From assembly GCA_947624995.1 (NCBI GenBank), contig CANQMS010000009.1, positions 6,882 to 70,881 of the forward strand: a DNA stretch of 64,000 bases. The letters run 5' to 3'. Below, piece by piece: positions 27,758 through 36,072 of this stretch (positions are counted from its first letter, which is position 1; each line of letters starts with the position of its first letter). Position numbers and translations under genes: made by a program. Under the pieces are notes generated by a model that ran no database searches, was not told the origin of the DNA, and saw only the letters and a program-made list of their open reading frames with translations. The stretch is from an uncultured Clostridia bacterium. GTDB taxonomy: Bacteria; Bacillota; Clostridia; Oscillospirales; CAG-272.

Positions 27758-27852
27758 TGCAGGGGAGGAAGACCTTTATAGCGCGTCGGAGACAGCGCGT
27801 CGGAGACGCGCGGAAAAGGTTCCTCCCCCGCACCCCCACTTTCAAAAGCTTT
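27758..27852 (+). repeat. intergenic palindromic repeat element, copy 5 (terminator orientation for uvrA) with an expanded loop
   Basis: GCAGGGGAGGAAGACCTTT...AAAAGGTTCCTCCCCCGC followed by ACCCCCACTTTCAAAAGCTTTT. The loop contains a tandem 14-nt duplication, AGCGCGTCGGAGAC x2 (27779-27806). Confidence 0.7.
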
Positions 27853-27962
27853 TATGGATAAGTTTTTTGGCGGGAGTTCGGTTTGCTATGGACAATAAAT
27901 CAAAAGTATGGTAGAATCGGGATGGCGAAGCCGGCAGAACGGCATAAACGGAGAATTTGACT

Positions 27963-29444
27963 ATGAATACGGCAGACAGAAACGCATATTTGAAAAAGAT
28001 TGAAGATACTATCGCGCGCGGAAGTTTTAAGGACAGCTGGGACTCGCTCTCGCAGTATGAGACGCCCGCATGGTACCGCGACGCGAAGTTCGGTATATTC
28101 CTGCACTGGGGGATATACAGCGTCCCCGCGTTCGGCAGCGAATGGTACTCGCGCGGGATGTACATAGAGGGCACGCGCGAATTCGAGCATCACGTGAAGA
28201 CGTACGGTCCGCAGAAGGAGTTCGGGTACAAGGATTTTATACCGATGTTCAAGGCGGAAAAATTCGACCCGGACGCGTGGGCGGAGCTTTTTTCACGCGC
28301 CGGGGCGAAGTATGTCGTCCCCGTCGCCGAGCATCACGACGGGTTCCAGATGTATAAGAGCGACCTCTCCGAGTGGTGCGCCGCCGAAAAGGGTCCTTGC
28401 CGCGACGTGCTCGGCGAGCTCAAGGCTGCGGTCGAGGCGCGCGGGATGAACATCTGCGCCTCGTCCCACCGCATCGAGCACTGGTTCTTCATGGGGCACG
28501 GCAAGGATTTTGACTCCGATATAAAGGAGCCTTTGAAGCTCGGCGATTTTTACTGGCCCGCGATGCCGGAGCCGAACCATCAGGATCTCTTCAGCACGCC
28601 GGCGCCGTCCGACGAATTCCTCACGGACTGGCTCCTGCGCTGCTGCGAGATCGTCGACAGATACGCGCCGAGGCTCATATATTTCGACTGGTGGATCCAG
28701 CACTCGGCGGCAAAGCCGTATCTGCGGAAATTCGCGGCGTACTACTACAACAGGGCGGAAGAGATGGGATATGAGCCCGTCATCTGCTATAAGCACGACG
28801 CGTTCGCGTTCGGGTGCGCGACGGTCGACGTCGAGAGGGGACAGTTCGCGGACTGCAAGCCGTACCCGTGGCAGACGGACACTGCGTGCGCGTTCAATTC
28901 GTGGTGCTACACCGAGGGGAACAGGTACAAGGACCCCGTCGACATCGTCCGCGACATGGTAGACATCGTGTCGAAGAACGGGTGCCTGCTTTTGAACGTC
29001 GGTCCGCGCGCGGACGGCACGATCACGGATGAGGACACGAACATCCTGCTCCGCATCGGCGACTGGCTCGGCAAAAACGGCGAGGCGATATACGGTACGC
29101 GCCCGTGGAGAGTCTCTGCGGAGGGACCGACGGCGGTCACGGAAGGGCAGTTCACGGACGGAAAGCACAAGGACTATACATCAAAGGATGTGCGCTACAC
29201 GTGCCGCGGAGATTCGATATACGCGACGGTGATGGTATTGCCCGAGTCAGGGGAGGTGGATTTCCCGGCGCTCGGCGAGCGGGACGCGTCATCGAAGCCG
29301 AATTTCCACGGGATAATAAAACGCGTATCGGCGCTCGGCTCGGACAGCGATGTCGAATGGAGTCGCGACGAGGACGCGCTGCACGTAAAGCTCCCGGGCG
29401 TCGTGACAGATATGCCCGTTTCGTTCCGCGTCGAGGTGCTTTAA
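27963..29444 (+). CDS. alpha-L-fucosidase (GH29)
   Basis: About 493 aa. WYRDAKFGIFLHWGIYSVPAFGSEWYSRGMY and ...AKYVVPVAEHHDGFQMY are GH29 signatures. ATG 27963 has GGAG 9 nt upstream. Confidence 0.85.
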   Translation: MNTADRNAYLKKIEDTIARGSFKDSWDSLSQYETPAWYRDAKFGIFLHWGIYSVPAFGSEWYSRGMYIEGTREFEHHVKTYGPQKEFGYKDFIPMFKAEKFDPDAWAELFSRAGAKYVVPVAEHHDGFQMYKSDLSEWCAAEKGPCRDVLGELKAAVEARGMNICASSHRIEHWFFMGHGKDFDSDIKEPLKLGDFYWPAMPEPNHQDLFSTPAPSDEFLTDWLLRCCEIVDRYAPRLIYFDWWIQHSAAKPYLRKFAAYYYNRAEEMGYEPVICYKHDAFAFGCATVDVERGQFADCKPYPWQTDTACAFNSWCYTEGNRYKDPVDIVRDMVDIVSKNGCLLLNVGPRADGTITDEDTNILLRIGDWLGKNGEAIYGTRPWRVSAEGPTAVTEGQFTDGKHKDYTSKDVRYTCRGDSIYATVMVLPESGEVDFPALGERDASSKPNFHGIIKRVSALGSDSDVEWSRDEDALHVKLPGVVTDMPVSFRVEVL

Positions 29445-29529
29445 TCCGTCGGGGAAAAGCGGGTTTAATAATACCGATATGCAATCGCGATCGCAATCGC
29501 GGAAAAGATCATATATAAACGGTCTTCAA

Positions 29530-29562
29530 GGCGGGAGAAATTTTTTCTCCCGCCTTTCATTT
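29530..29562 (+). terminator. Rho-independent terminator after the fucosidase gene
   Basis: GGCGGGAGAA-ATTTT-TTCTCCCGCC followed by T-rich sequence. Confidence 0.65.
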
Positions 29563-29567
29563 CTCTG

Positions 29568-29613
29568 TTGACATTTGTTACGGTTAGTGATATACTTATT
29601 ACAGTAACCGTAA
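29568..29613 (+). promoter_or_regulatory. PadR-operon promoter (TTGACA-17-TATACT) overlapped by inverted repeat TTACGGTTA-N18-TAACCGTAA (probable PadR operator)
   Basis: -35 at 29568-29573 and -10 at 29591-29596. Inverted-repeat arms at 29578-29586 and 29605-29613 bracket the -10. Confidence 0.55.
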
Positions 29614-29629
29614 TATAGGAGGCAAAGGT

Positions 29630-29956
29630 TTGCGAGACAACATAAAGGGCGGCGCGCTTACCGAAGTAACATTCTTTATTTTACTGTCTGTTTATCAGCC
29701 GAAACACGGATATGCGATCATGCAATTTGTTGAAGAAAAAACAGGCGGTCGGCTGTCGCTCGGAGCCGGAACGCTGTATGGCGCGCTTACATCTCTTGAG
29801 GATAAAGGATGGATCACGCCGTGCGGGGACACAGGAGGACGAAAAAAAGAGTATCTTATCACAAACGCGGGAAAAGAGATCTGCGAAAGAGAGCTTATCC
29901 GATTAAAAGAGCTTGTTCTGATTGCCGAAGATATCATGGAGGATAGTCATGAGTAA
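29630..29956 (+). CDS. PadR-family transcriptional regulator (TTG start)
   Basis: 108 aa. ILLSVYQPKHGYAIMQFVEEKTGGRLSLGAGTLYGALTSLEDKGWI is the PadR winged-helix signature. AGGAGG lies 7 nt upstream of the TTG. Confidence 0.8.
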   Translation: MRDNIKGGALTEVTFFILLSVYQPKHGYAIMQFVEEKTGGRLSLGAGTLYGALTSLEDKGWITPCGDTGGRKKEYLITNAGKEICERELIRLKELVLIAEDIMEDSHE

Positions 29957-30767
29957 AAAGTATTATCGCTTCTTTTGGGGCTTTTTGAAGAAACAGGAAC
30001 AGTGGCTGAACGAAATGGCGAATAAAGGGTGGCGGCTGGTTAACACAGGCAGAGCATGGTATGAGTTCGAGGAATGCGAGCCCGGAAAATACTGTTACGC
30101 GGTGGAATTTGTCGGGGAAAAATCAAATCGGGACCGGACCGAGTATGTTTCTTTTTTAGAAGACTGCGGTTATCGTGTGCTTTCTAAGAATTTAAACCTT
30201 GATTTTTCTGTCGGAAAAGCCGTTTATCGCCCGTGGGCGAATAAAGGCGGTAAAATTGCGACGACCAAAGGCTCCTACAACAAAGAACTTCTTCTTGTAG
30301 AAAAGGAAAACGATGGGAAGACCTTTGAACTGCACACGACAGAGGATGACATACGGGAATACCGAAGGACGATCCGCAAGCCGTGGATTTCTTTAATTGT
30401 GACATTACTGATAATTGTTTTAATTTTCTTTGGAAGTATTTGTTTATCAAGAGCTTTTGGTATTGGACCTGCGAGAAGCGCAACAAGGATCGGCTATATC
30501 GGCACAGAGGGGTGGAGCAGCTGGACCGGCAGCTATATGTCTCTTGACGGGACCATGAAGAAAAGTATTCATCCCAAGTCCGATGTGCTTCATATCGAAG
30601 TGAAAACAGACTCTGGGACGATCTCCATGGAAATACGGGATACGGATGGCAATATTATTTTTAATGAGTCCGATATCGGGACTGCGTCGTTTGATGTGAA
30701 CGTGCCCGGGAATGTTTCGGTTAAGATCGCTGCGAACAGTCACAGGGGCAGTTTTTCCATAGAATAA
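29949..30767 (+). CDS. DUF2812-family membrane protein (usual PadR partner)
   Basis: Start at MSKKYYRFFWGFLKKQEQWLNEMANKGWRLVNTGRAWYEFEECEPGKYCY, the DUF2812 signature. One TM in the middle. Overlaps the padR stop by 8 nt. Confidence 0.65.
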   Translation: MSKKYYRFFWGFLKKQEQWLNEMANKGWRLVNTGRAWYEFEECEPGKYCYAVEFVGEKSNRDRTEYVSFLEDCGYRVLSKNLNLDFSVGKAVYRPWANKGGKIATTKGSYNKELLLVEKENDGKTFELHTTEDDIREYRRTIRKPWISLIVTLLIIVLIFFGSICLSRAFGIGPARSATRIGYIGTEGWSSWTGSYMSLDGTMKKSIHPKSDVLHIEVKTDSGTISMEIRDTDGNIIFNESDIGTASFDVNVPGNVSVKIAANSHRGSFSIE

Positions 30768-30993
30768 AACAGCTCAGCAGATGTGCCTCTGCGTAAAAAC
30801 GGATGAAAATAATGATAAATGTAAGTTACCCACAATTGCGGCGGGAAGAAATTGCATAAAAAATATAAAGCCGCGAGTTTTTCATCGCGAATCCTGTGCG
30901 CTTTAAACTGTAAACCTTTTGTTAACAATCGCCCGGAGGCGTTGACAGCGGGGGGATATAAGCACAAAATAAATTCCCCTGCGGGAGGTCGAT

Positions 30994-31294
30994 ATGAAAC
31001 GTATGAAAAACAAGGCTTTTCTTCTGCTTGCGGGGGCGCTGCATTGATCGCGGTCTTCGGCGAATATAAAGACGCCGTTGCCCTCATGATCTACGGGAAA
31101 AATGCCTCGTACACTCAGGTAATGCGGAGCGAGGAGGTCGACGGAGTCACGTTCAATTATTGGGACGGGAACTTGACGGGAGCGGATTTTTGCGGCTGTC
31201 GGAGGCTTTCGAAAACGGGCTTCCGGCGCGTGACGATCTCGCGGAGACAGCGTCCCGACTGCCGAACTATAAGGAGCCCGCGGAAGAGAAATAA
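30994..31294 (+). pseudogene. possible frameshifted remnant of a small secreted protein
   Basis: GGGAGG SD then ATG 30994. MKRMKNKAFLLLAGAL stops after 17 codons. The reading continues sensibly in a second frame (ALIAVFGEYKDAVALMIYGKNASYTQVMRSEEVDGVTFNYWDGNLTG) and then a third (RLSEAFENGLPARDDLAETASRLPNYKEPAEEK*). Confidence 0.3.
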
Positions 31295-31328
31295 CCGTTC
31301 GGCATCGGCAAAAACGGCAAAAAAAGAT

Positions 31329-31361
31329 GGGATGAGAGGCGCTTATGCGCTTTCTCATCCC
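31329..31361. terminator. bidirectional terminator hairpin
   Basis: GGGATGAGA...TCTCATCCC (9-bp arms), flanked by an A-run upstream and a T-run downstream. It lies just beyond the ArsR-family gene stop. Confidence 0.55.
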
Positions 31362-31368
31362 TTTCTTT

Positions 31369-31734
31369 TTATTCCTCGAGATGCTCCATACCTTGGCTGA
31401 TGATCGTTCGGACGTGAGCGTCGGCGAGGGAGTAGAAGACGGACTTTCCGACGCGGCGGCTCTTGACGAGCTTATTGCGCTTGAGGATGCCGAGCTGATG
31501 CGAGACGGCGGAGTCCGTCATGTTGAGCGCGGCGGCGAGGTCGCAGACGCAGACCTCCGCCTCAAAGAGGACAAAGAGGATGCGGATGCGCGTTGAGTCG
31601 CCGAATATTTTGAAAAGCTCGGCGAGGTCGTAGAGCGCCTCCTCTCCGGGGAGCTTTTCGTTCACGATCGCGAGCAGCTCGCCGTGGACCTCGGTCGATT
31701 CGCATTTTTCGAAATTTTCCGTTATATTATCCAT
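31369..31734 (-). CDS. ArsR/SmtB-family metalloregulator
   Basis: Start set at MDNITENFEKCES... with AAGGAGG 10 nt upstream. ELFKIFGDSTRIRILFVLFEAEVCVCDLAAALNMTDSAVSHQLGILKRNKLV is the ArsR HTH, including a CVC metal site. Confidence 0.85.
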   Translation of the reverse strand: MDNITENFEKCESTEVHGELLAIVNEKLPGEEALYDLAELFKIFGDSTRIRILFVLFEAEVCVCDLAAALNMTDSAVSHQLGILKRNKLVKSRRVGKSVFYSLADAHVRTIISQGMEHLEE

Positions 31735-31738
31735 ATCG

Positions 31739-33664
31739 TCACACTGCCTCCTTATGCTTGAATCTTTTGACATTGAGCGCGCGTATCGCGTTGCAGACGG
31801 CGAGCACCATTACTCCTACGTCGGCGAAGATCGCCGCCCACATCCCGGCGGCGCCGAGCGCGCCGAGGATAAGGCAGAGGAGCTTCACGCCTATTGCAAA
31901 GGCGATGTTTTCATGCACGATCCTCATCGACGAGCGGGCGAGCATTATCGCGTCCGCGACGCGGCGCGGGTCGTCGTCCATGAGGACGACGTCGGCTGCC
32001 TCTATCGCGGCGTCCGAGCCGAGCGCTCCCATCGCGAAGCCGACGTCGGCGCGCGCGAGCACGGGCGCGTCGTTGATGCCGTCGCCGACGAAGGCGACGG
32101 CTTCATTTTTTTCGGCGGAGGCGATCAGCGATTCGACAACTCCGACCTTGCCGTCCGGCAAAAGCTCACAGTAAACGTCGTCGGCGCCGAGCTTTTCGGC
32201 GACGGCTTGCCCGACCGAGGCTTTGTCGCCCGTCAGCATGACGGTGCGCCGCACGCGGGCGCGGTGCATCGCGGCGACGGCTTCCGCCGCTTCGGGCTTG
32301 ATCTCGTCCGCGATAAGTATGTGCCCGACGTAGCGCCCGTCGAACGCGACGTGGACGACGGTGCCGACCTCGTGGCACTCGGAATATTCGATGCCGAGCG
32401 CGTCCATGAGCTTGCCGTTCCCGGCAGCGACCTTCACGCCGTCGACGGTCGCGGTGACGCCCTGCCCGCCGAGCTCGGTGACTTCGGTGACGCGCGAACG
32501 GTCGACGGAGCAGCCGGTTTTTTCGTATGCCTCGATGATGCTGCCGCCGATCGGGTGCGAGGATGCGGATTCCGCGTGCGCGGCAAAGTCGAGGATGACG
32601 GACTCTTCGACGCGCGGATGATGTATGCCGGAGACGGAGAAGGTCCCCTTCGTCATCGTGCCCGTCTTGTCAAAGACGACGGTCTTGACGTTTGAGAGCG
32701 TTTCGATGTAGTTTGAGCCCTTGATCAGGATGCCGAGTGTCCCGGCGCCGCCGATGGCGGCAAAGAACGTGAGCGGTATCGAGACGACGAGCGCGCACGG
32801 ACAGCTTATGACGAGGAACGTCAGCGCGCGGTATATCCACGTGCCGAAGTCCGCGCCGCCTCCGACTGCGAGCGTGACGAGCGGCGGTATTACTGCGAGC
32901 GCGAGCGCGCCGCCGCAGACGGCAGGCGTATATACGCGGGCGAATTTCGAGATGAAGTTTTCCGATTTCGATTTTTTCGAGCTCGCGCCCTCGAGCAGCT
33001 CGAGTATCTTTGACGCCGTCGACTCGCCGAATTCCTTTTCGGTGCGGATGCGGATGACGCCCGTGACGTTGATGCAGCCGCCCGAGACGGAATCCCCGGC
33101 GCGCGCGGTGCGCGGGACGGACTCCCCGGTCAGCGCGCGCGTGTCAAGCGACGTGACCCCCTCGATTATGACGCCGTCTATCGGGATCTTCTCCCCCGGG
33201 TTCACGACGATGACGGAGCCGACGGCGACCTCGTCCGGGTCGACGCGGGTGACATTTCCGTCTCCGTCCTCGAGGTTTGCGTAGTCGGGGCGGATGTCCA
33301 TGAGCGCGCCGATCGAGCGGCGGCTCTTTCCGACCGCGACGGACTGGAAGAGCTCCCCCGTCTGATAAAAGAGCATGACGGCGACGCCCTCCGCGTATTC
33401 GCCGAGCGCGAACGCGCCGACTGTCGCCACAGCCATGAGGAAGCATTCGTCAAACGGCTCAAAATGTATGACGCCGAGGACGGCTTTCACTAAAATGTCA
33501 TAGCCGACGAGCAGATACGGGACCGCGTAGAGCGCCGGGCGCAAGAGAGAGGTCGGCACGGCGCCGCCGGGCAATATCTCCATGTGATCGAGGACGGCGA
33601 GCGCGACGGTCATGACCGCGGCGGCGATTATGCGGATGAGCGTCCGCTTTTGCTTTTTGTTCAT
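31739..33664 (-). CDS. heavy-metal (Cd/Zn/Co-type) translocating P1B-type ATPase, lacking a fused N-terminal metal-binding domain
   Basis: 641 aa. Motifs present: TGES, CPC (SCPCALVVSIP), DKTGTMT, and GDGINDAP. Confidence 0.9.
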   Translation of the reverse strand: MNKKQKRTLIRIIAAAVMTVALAVLDHMEILPGGAVPTSLLRPALYAVPYLLVGYDILVKAVLGVIHFEPFDECFLMAVATVGAFALGEYAEGVAVMLFYQTGELFQSVAVGKSRRSIGALMDIRPDYANLEDGDGNVTRVDPDEVAVGSVIVVNPGEKIPIDGVIIEGVTSLDTRALTGESVPRTARAGDSVSGGCINVTGVIRIRTEKEFGESTASKILELLEGASSKKSKSENFISKFARVYTPAVCGGALALAVIPPLVTLAVGGGADFGTWIYRALTFLVISCPCALVVSIPLTFFAAIGGAGTLGILIKGSNYIETLSNVKTVVFDKTGTMTKGTFSVSGIHHPRVEESVILDFAAHAESASSHPIGGSIIEAYEKTGCSVDRSRVTEVTELGGQGVTATVDGVKVAAGNGKLMDALGIEYSECHEVGTVVHVAFDGRYVGHILIADEIKPEAAEAVAAMHRARVRRTVMLTGDKASVGQAVAEKLGADDVYCELLPDGKVGVVESLIASAEKNEAVAFVGDGINDAPVLARADVGFAMGALGSDAAIEAADVVLMDDDPRRVADAIMLARSSMRIVHENIAFAIGVKLLCLILGALGAAGMWAAIFADVGVMVLAVCNAIRALNVKRFKHKEAV

Positions 33665-33879
33665 AGATAGATCTCGCAGTCGCGCTCGACGCGCTTGCAG
33701 TTCGCCCGGACGGCGGTCATGATCTCCGCGGGGGAGACGCCCTCGTCAAATTCGACGGACATCCTGAGCGTCATAAAATTTACGGCGGCGGAGGCGACGC
33801 CGGGGGTCTTGTTCGCGGCGTCTTCCATCTTCTGTGCGCATGATGCGCAGTCGACGTCGATCTTGTAGGTCTTTTTCAT
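33661..33879 (-). CDS. stand-alone heavy-metal-associated (HMA) domain protein
   Basis: 72 aa. MKKTYKIDVDCASCAQKMEDAA... has the ferredoxin-like HMA fold pattern with a CxxC site. ATGA overlap with the ATPase start. Confidence 0.8.
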   Translation of the reverse strand: MKKTYKIDVDCASCAQKMEDAANKTPGVASAAVNFMTLRMSVEFDEGVSPAEIMTAVRANCKRVERDCEIYL

Positions 33880-33914
33880 GGCAGTCTTCTCACTCCTTCA
33901 GTTATTTAAAGTTT

Positions 33915-33936
33915 CAATTGAACAATCGTTCAATTG
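33915..33936. promoter_or_regulatory. 22-bp palindrome CAATTGAAC-AATC-GTTCAATTG, probable ArsR/SmtB operator of the metal operon
   Basis: A 9-4-9 inverted repeat 36 nt upstream of the HMA gene start. The TGAAC..GTTCA core is like known ArsR/SmtB 12-2-12 operators. Confidence 0.55.
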
Positions 33937-34140
33937 TTAAGGCTATTTTTTGCTCCCCGCCGGGGAGCATCCTTACGCTATTATAATACGCCGTTCGAGC
34001 GGATTTGTCAATACTTTTTTTCAAATTCACTATCAATTTTCTCCGCGAGGCGGTTACGAGCATATTTTATAAATAAATCTCGTGATACTTTAAAATCGGG
34101 GGAGCGGTCTCCCGAAGAAAGGAAACCGCTCCCCGCGTTC

Positions 34141-34740
34141 TTATTCGTCATAATTGATTTTTCCGGTCACCTGAAACCACCTTGGCGAGAGCCGCTGCAA
34201 GTAGTATGAATCATAGCCGTCAATGTCCGGCTTTGAGCCGTTTCTCATATATATGACCTCATACGTGGTTCCGGTGATGAAAGTGATGCGATCGCCCGAA
34301 ACCTTGACTGATGCAAGCCCGGGATAGTATTCGCTGTCGGTGAACAGCTCGCGGAGGCGCTTGTACGCCGCGAACTCCTCCTCGGACGCTTTTTCCGTCA
34401 ATTCATAATAAGTCTCCGTGTCCGTCCTGCACTCGAGCTCCCACGTGCAGAGCCCGCCGCCGTCGGATGAAACCTTGACGAACATCTGATCAAGACCGCC
34501 GTTTTTCGCTTTTTCTTCATCGAAAAGCGCGAGCGCCCTCTCCGCCACGGTATCAAAATATTTTTTGTTTTTTGAAAAATCCCTCACCTCGAACGATCCG
34601 ACGTCGTACAGTATATACTGCACGGTGTTATATAAATACGCGCAGATCAGCCCGAGGACGAGCACAACGGCGAGCAGCACGAGGATCGGGACTACTTTTT
34701 TTCTGAATATTATTTTTGCATAGTATAAATCGTCCGTCAT
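34141..34740 (-). CDS. hypothetical membrane-anchored protein
   Basis: 199 aa. Single N-terminal TM (VVPILVLLAVVLVLGLICAYLY). No family recognised. The gene is AT-richer than its surroundings. Confidence 0.5.
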   Translation of the reverse strand: MTDDLYYAKIIFRKKVVPILVLLAVVLVLGLICAYLYNTVQYILYDVGSFEVRDFSKNKKYFDTVAERALALFDEEKAKNGGLDQMFVKVSSDGGGLCTWELECRTDTETYYELTEKASEEEFAAYKRLRELFTDSEYYPGLASVKVSGDRITFITGTTYEVIYMRNGSKPDIDGYDSYYLQRLSPRWFQVTGKINYDE

Positions 34741-34902
34741 AAGCGCTGCCGCCTTTCTTTAGTTTTGCCCACAATCTATTATAGTCCGCGTTTGCCGAAT
34801 TGTAAATAGACAGCGACTGTTTTTTCATTAAATTTTGAGGGTTCTTTTTAAATTTAAAGCGGCGGGGCTGTAACACAGCCCCGCCGCGAGGGAGGCGCCT
34901 TT

Positions 34903-35976
34903 TCAGCGGCGCTTTGCGTTTTTGTCGATCGCTTCCCAGAGACCGTTGAGGTATGCGGCTCCGAGGGCGCGGTCGTAGAGACCGTAGCCGGGCATCGCGA
35001 CCTCGTCCCAGATCATGCGCCCGTGGTCCGGGCGGATCGGTCCGTCAAAGCCCGTCTCATACAGCGCGCGCATTATCTCGTACATGTCAAAAGTCCCGTC
35101 GGCGGAGAGGTGCGCGGCTTCCTCGAAGTCGTCGGGGGAGTTGAATTTCAGGTTGCGGACGTGGGCGAAGTGTATGCGCCCTTTGAGCGAGCGGATCATG
35201 TCCGGCAGATCGTTTTCGAGATTCGTGCCGTACGAGCCGGAGCAGAACGTGACGCCGTTGTGTACGTCGTCCACCATGCGCATCATGCGGAGGATGTTTT
35301 CCTTGTTTATGATTATGCGCGGCAAGCCGAAGATGGGCCACGCCGGGTCGTCCGGGTGGATCGCCATTTTTATGTCGTATTCGCGGCAAACGGGCATTAT
35401 GCGTTCGAGGAAGTACCGGAGATTTGCGAAAAGCGCCTCGTCGTCAACGGTGCGGTAGAGCTCGAAGAGCTCCTTAACGTGCGCGAGCCGCTCCGGCTCC
35501 CAGCCGGGCATGACGGTCCCGTTCGAGTTAACGCTTACCTCGGAGAACATCCTCTCCGGGTCGAGCGCGTCGACCGCCGCCTGCGTGTACGCAAGGACGG
35601 TTGAGCCGTCCTTGCGGCGGCGGGCGAGCTCGGTGCGCGTCCAGTCAAAGACGGGCATGAAGTTATAGCAGACGAGGCGGATGTCCGACTCGCCGAGGCG
35701 GCGCAGCGTCTCTATATAGTTGTCGATATAGACGTCGCGGTCGGGGGTGCCCGCCTTTATCGCGTCGTGTACGTTGACGGATTCGATCCCGGCTACCGTG
35801 AGCCCCGCAGCCTCGACTTCGGCCTTGAGCGCGGCGATGTCCTCGCGCCGCCAGACCTCGCCGGGTTCCGTGCCGTAAAGCGTCGTTATGACCCCGGTCA
35901 CGCCGGGGATCTGCCTGATTTGCGAAAGTGTGACGGTGTCGTATTTCGACCCGTACCAGCGGAGCGTCATCTGCAT
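34903..35976 (-). CDS. uxuA: mannonate dehydratase
   Basis: 357 aa. MQMTLRWYGSKYDTVTLSQIRQIPGVTGVITTLY... matches the UxuA N-terminus. Confidence 0.85.
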   Translation of the reverse strand: MQMTLRWYGSKYDTVTLSQIRQIPGVTGVITTLYGTEPGEVWRREDIAALKAEVEAAGLTVAGIESVNVHDAIKAGTPDRDVYIDNYIETLRRLGESDIRLVCYNFMPVFDWTRTELARRRKDGSTVLAYTQAAVDALDPERMFSEVSVNSNGTVMPGWEPERLAHVKELFELYRTVDDEALFANLRYFLERIMPVCREYDIKMAIHPDDPAWPIFGLPRIIINKENILRMMRMVDDVHNGVTFCSGSYGTNLENDLPDMIRSLKGRIHFAHVRNLKFNSPDDFEEAAHLSADGTFDMYEIMRALYETGFDGPIRPDHGRMIWDEVAMPGYGLYDRALGAAYLNGLWEAIDKNAKRR

Positions 35977-36072
35977 ATGTTTTTCCTCGAAAAAATGCGT
36001 ATTTGTTCATACATAATCTTACCACATCCGAAGAAAAAGTCAAGACGCAAATCCGCGCTTTCACGCGCCGGC

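Noticed and set aside
30852-31400. A 182-aa plus-strand ORF
   Set aside because: Its composition is Arg-rich and it runs through a terminator hairpin. The region is better explained as a frameshifted small-gene remnant (30994-31294).
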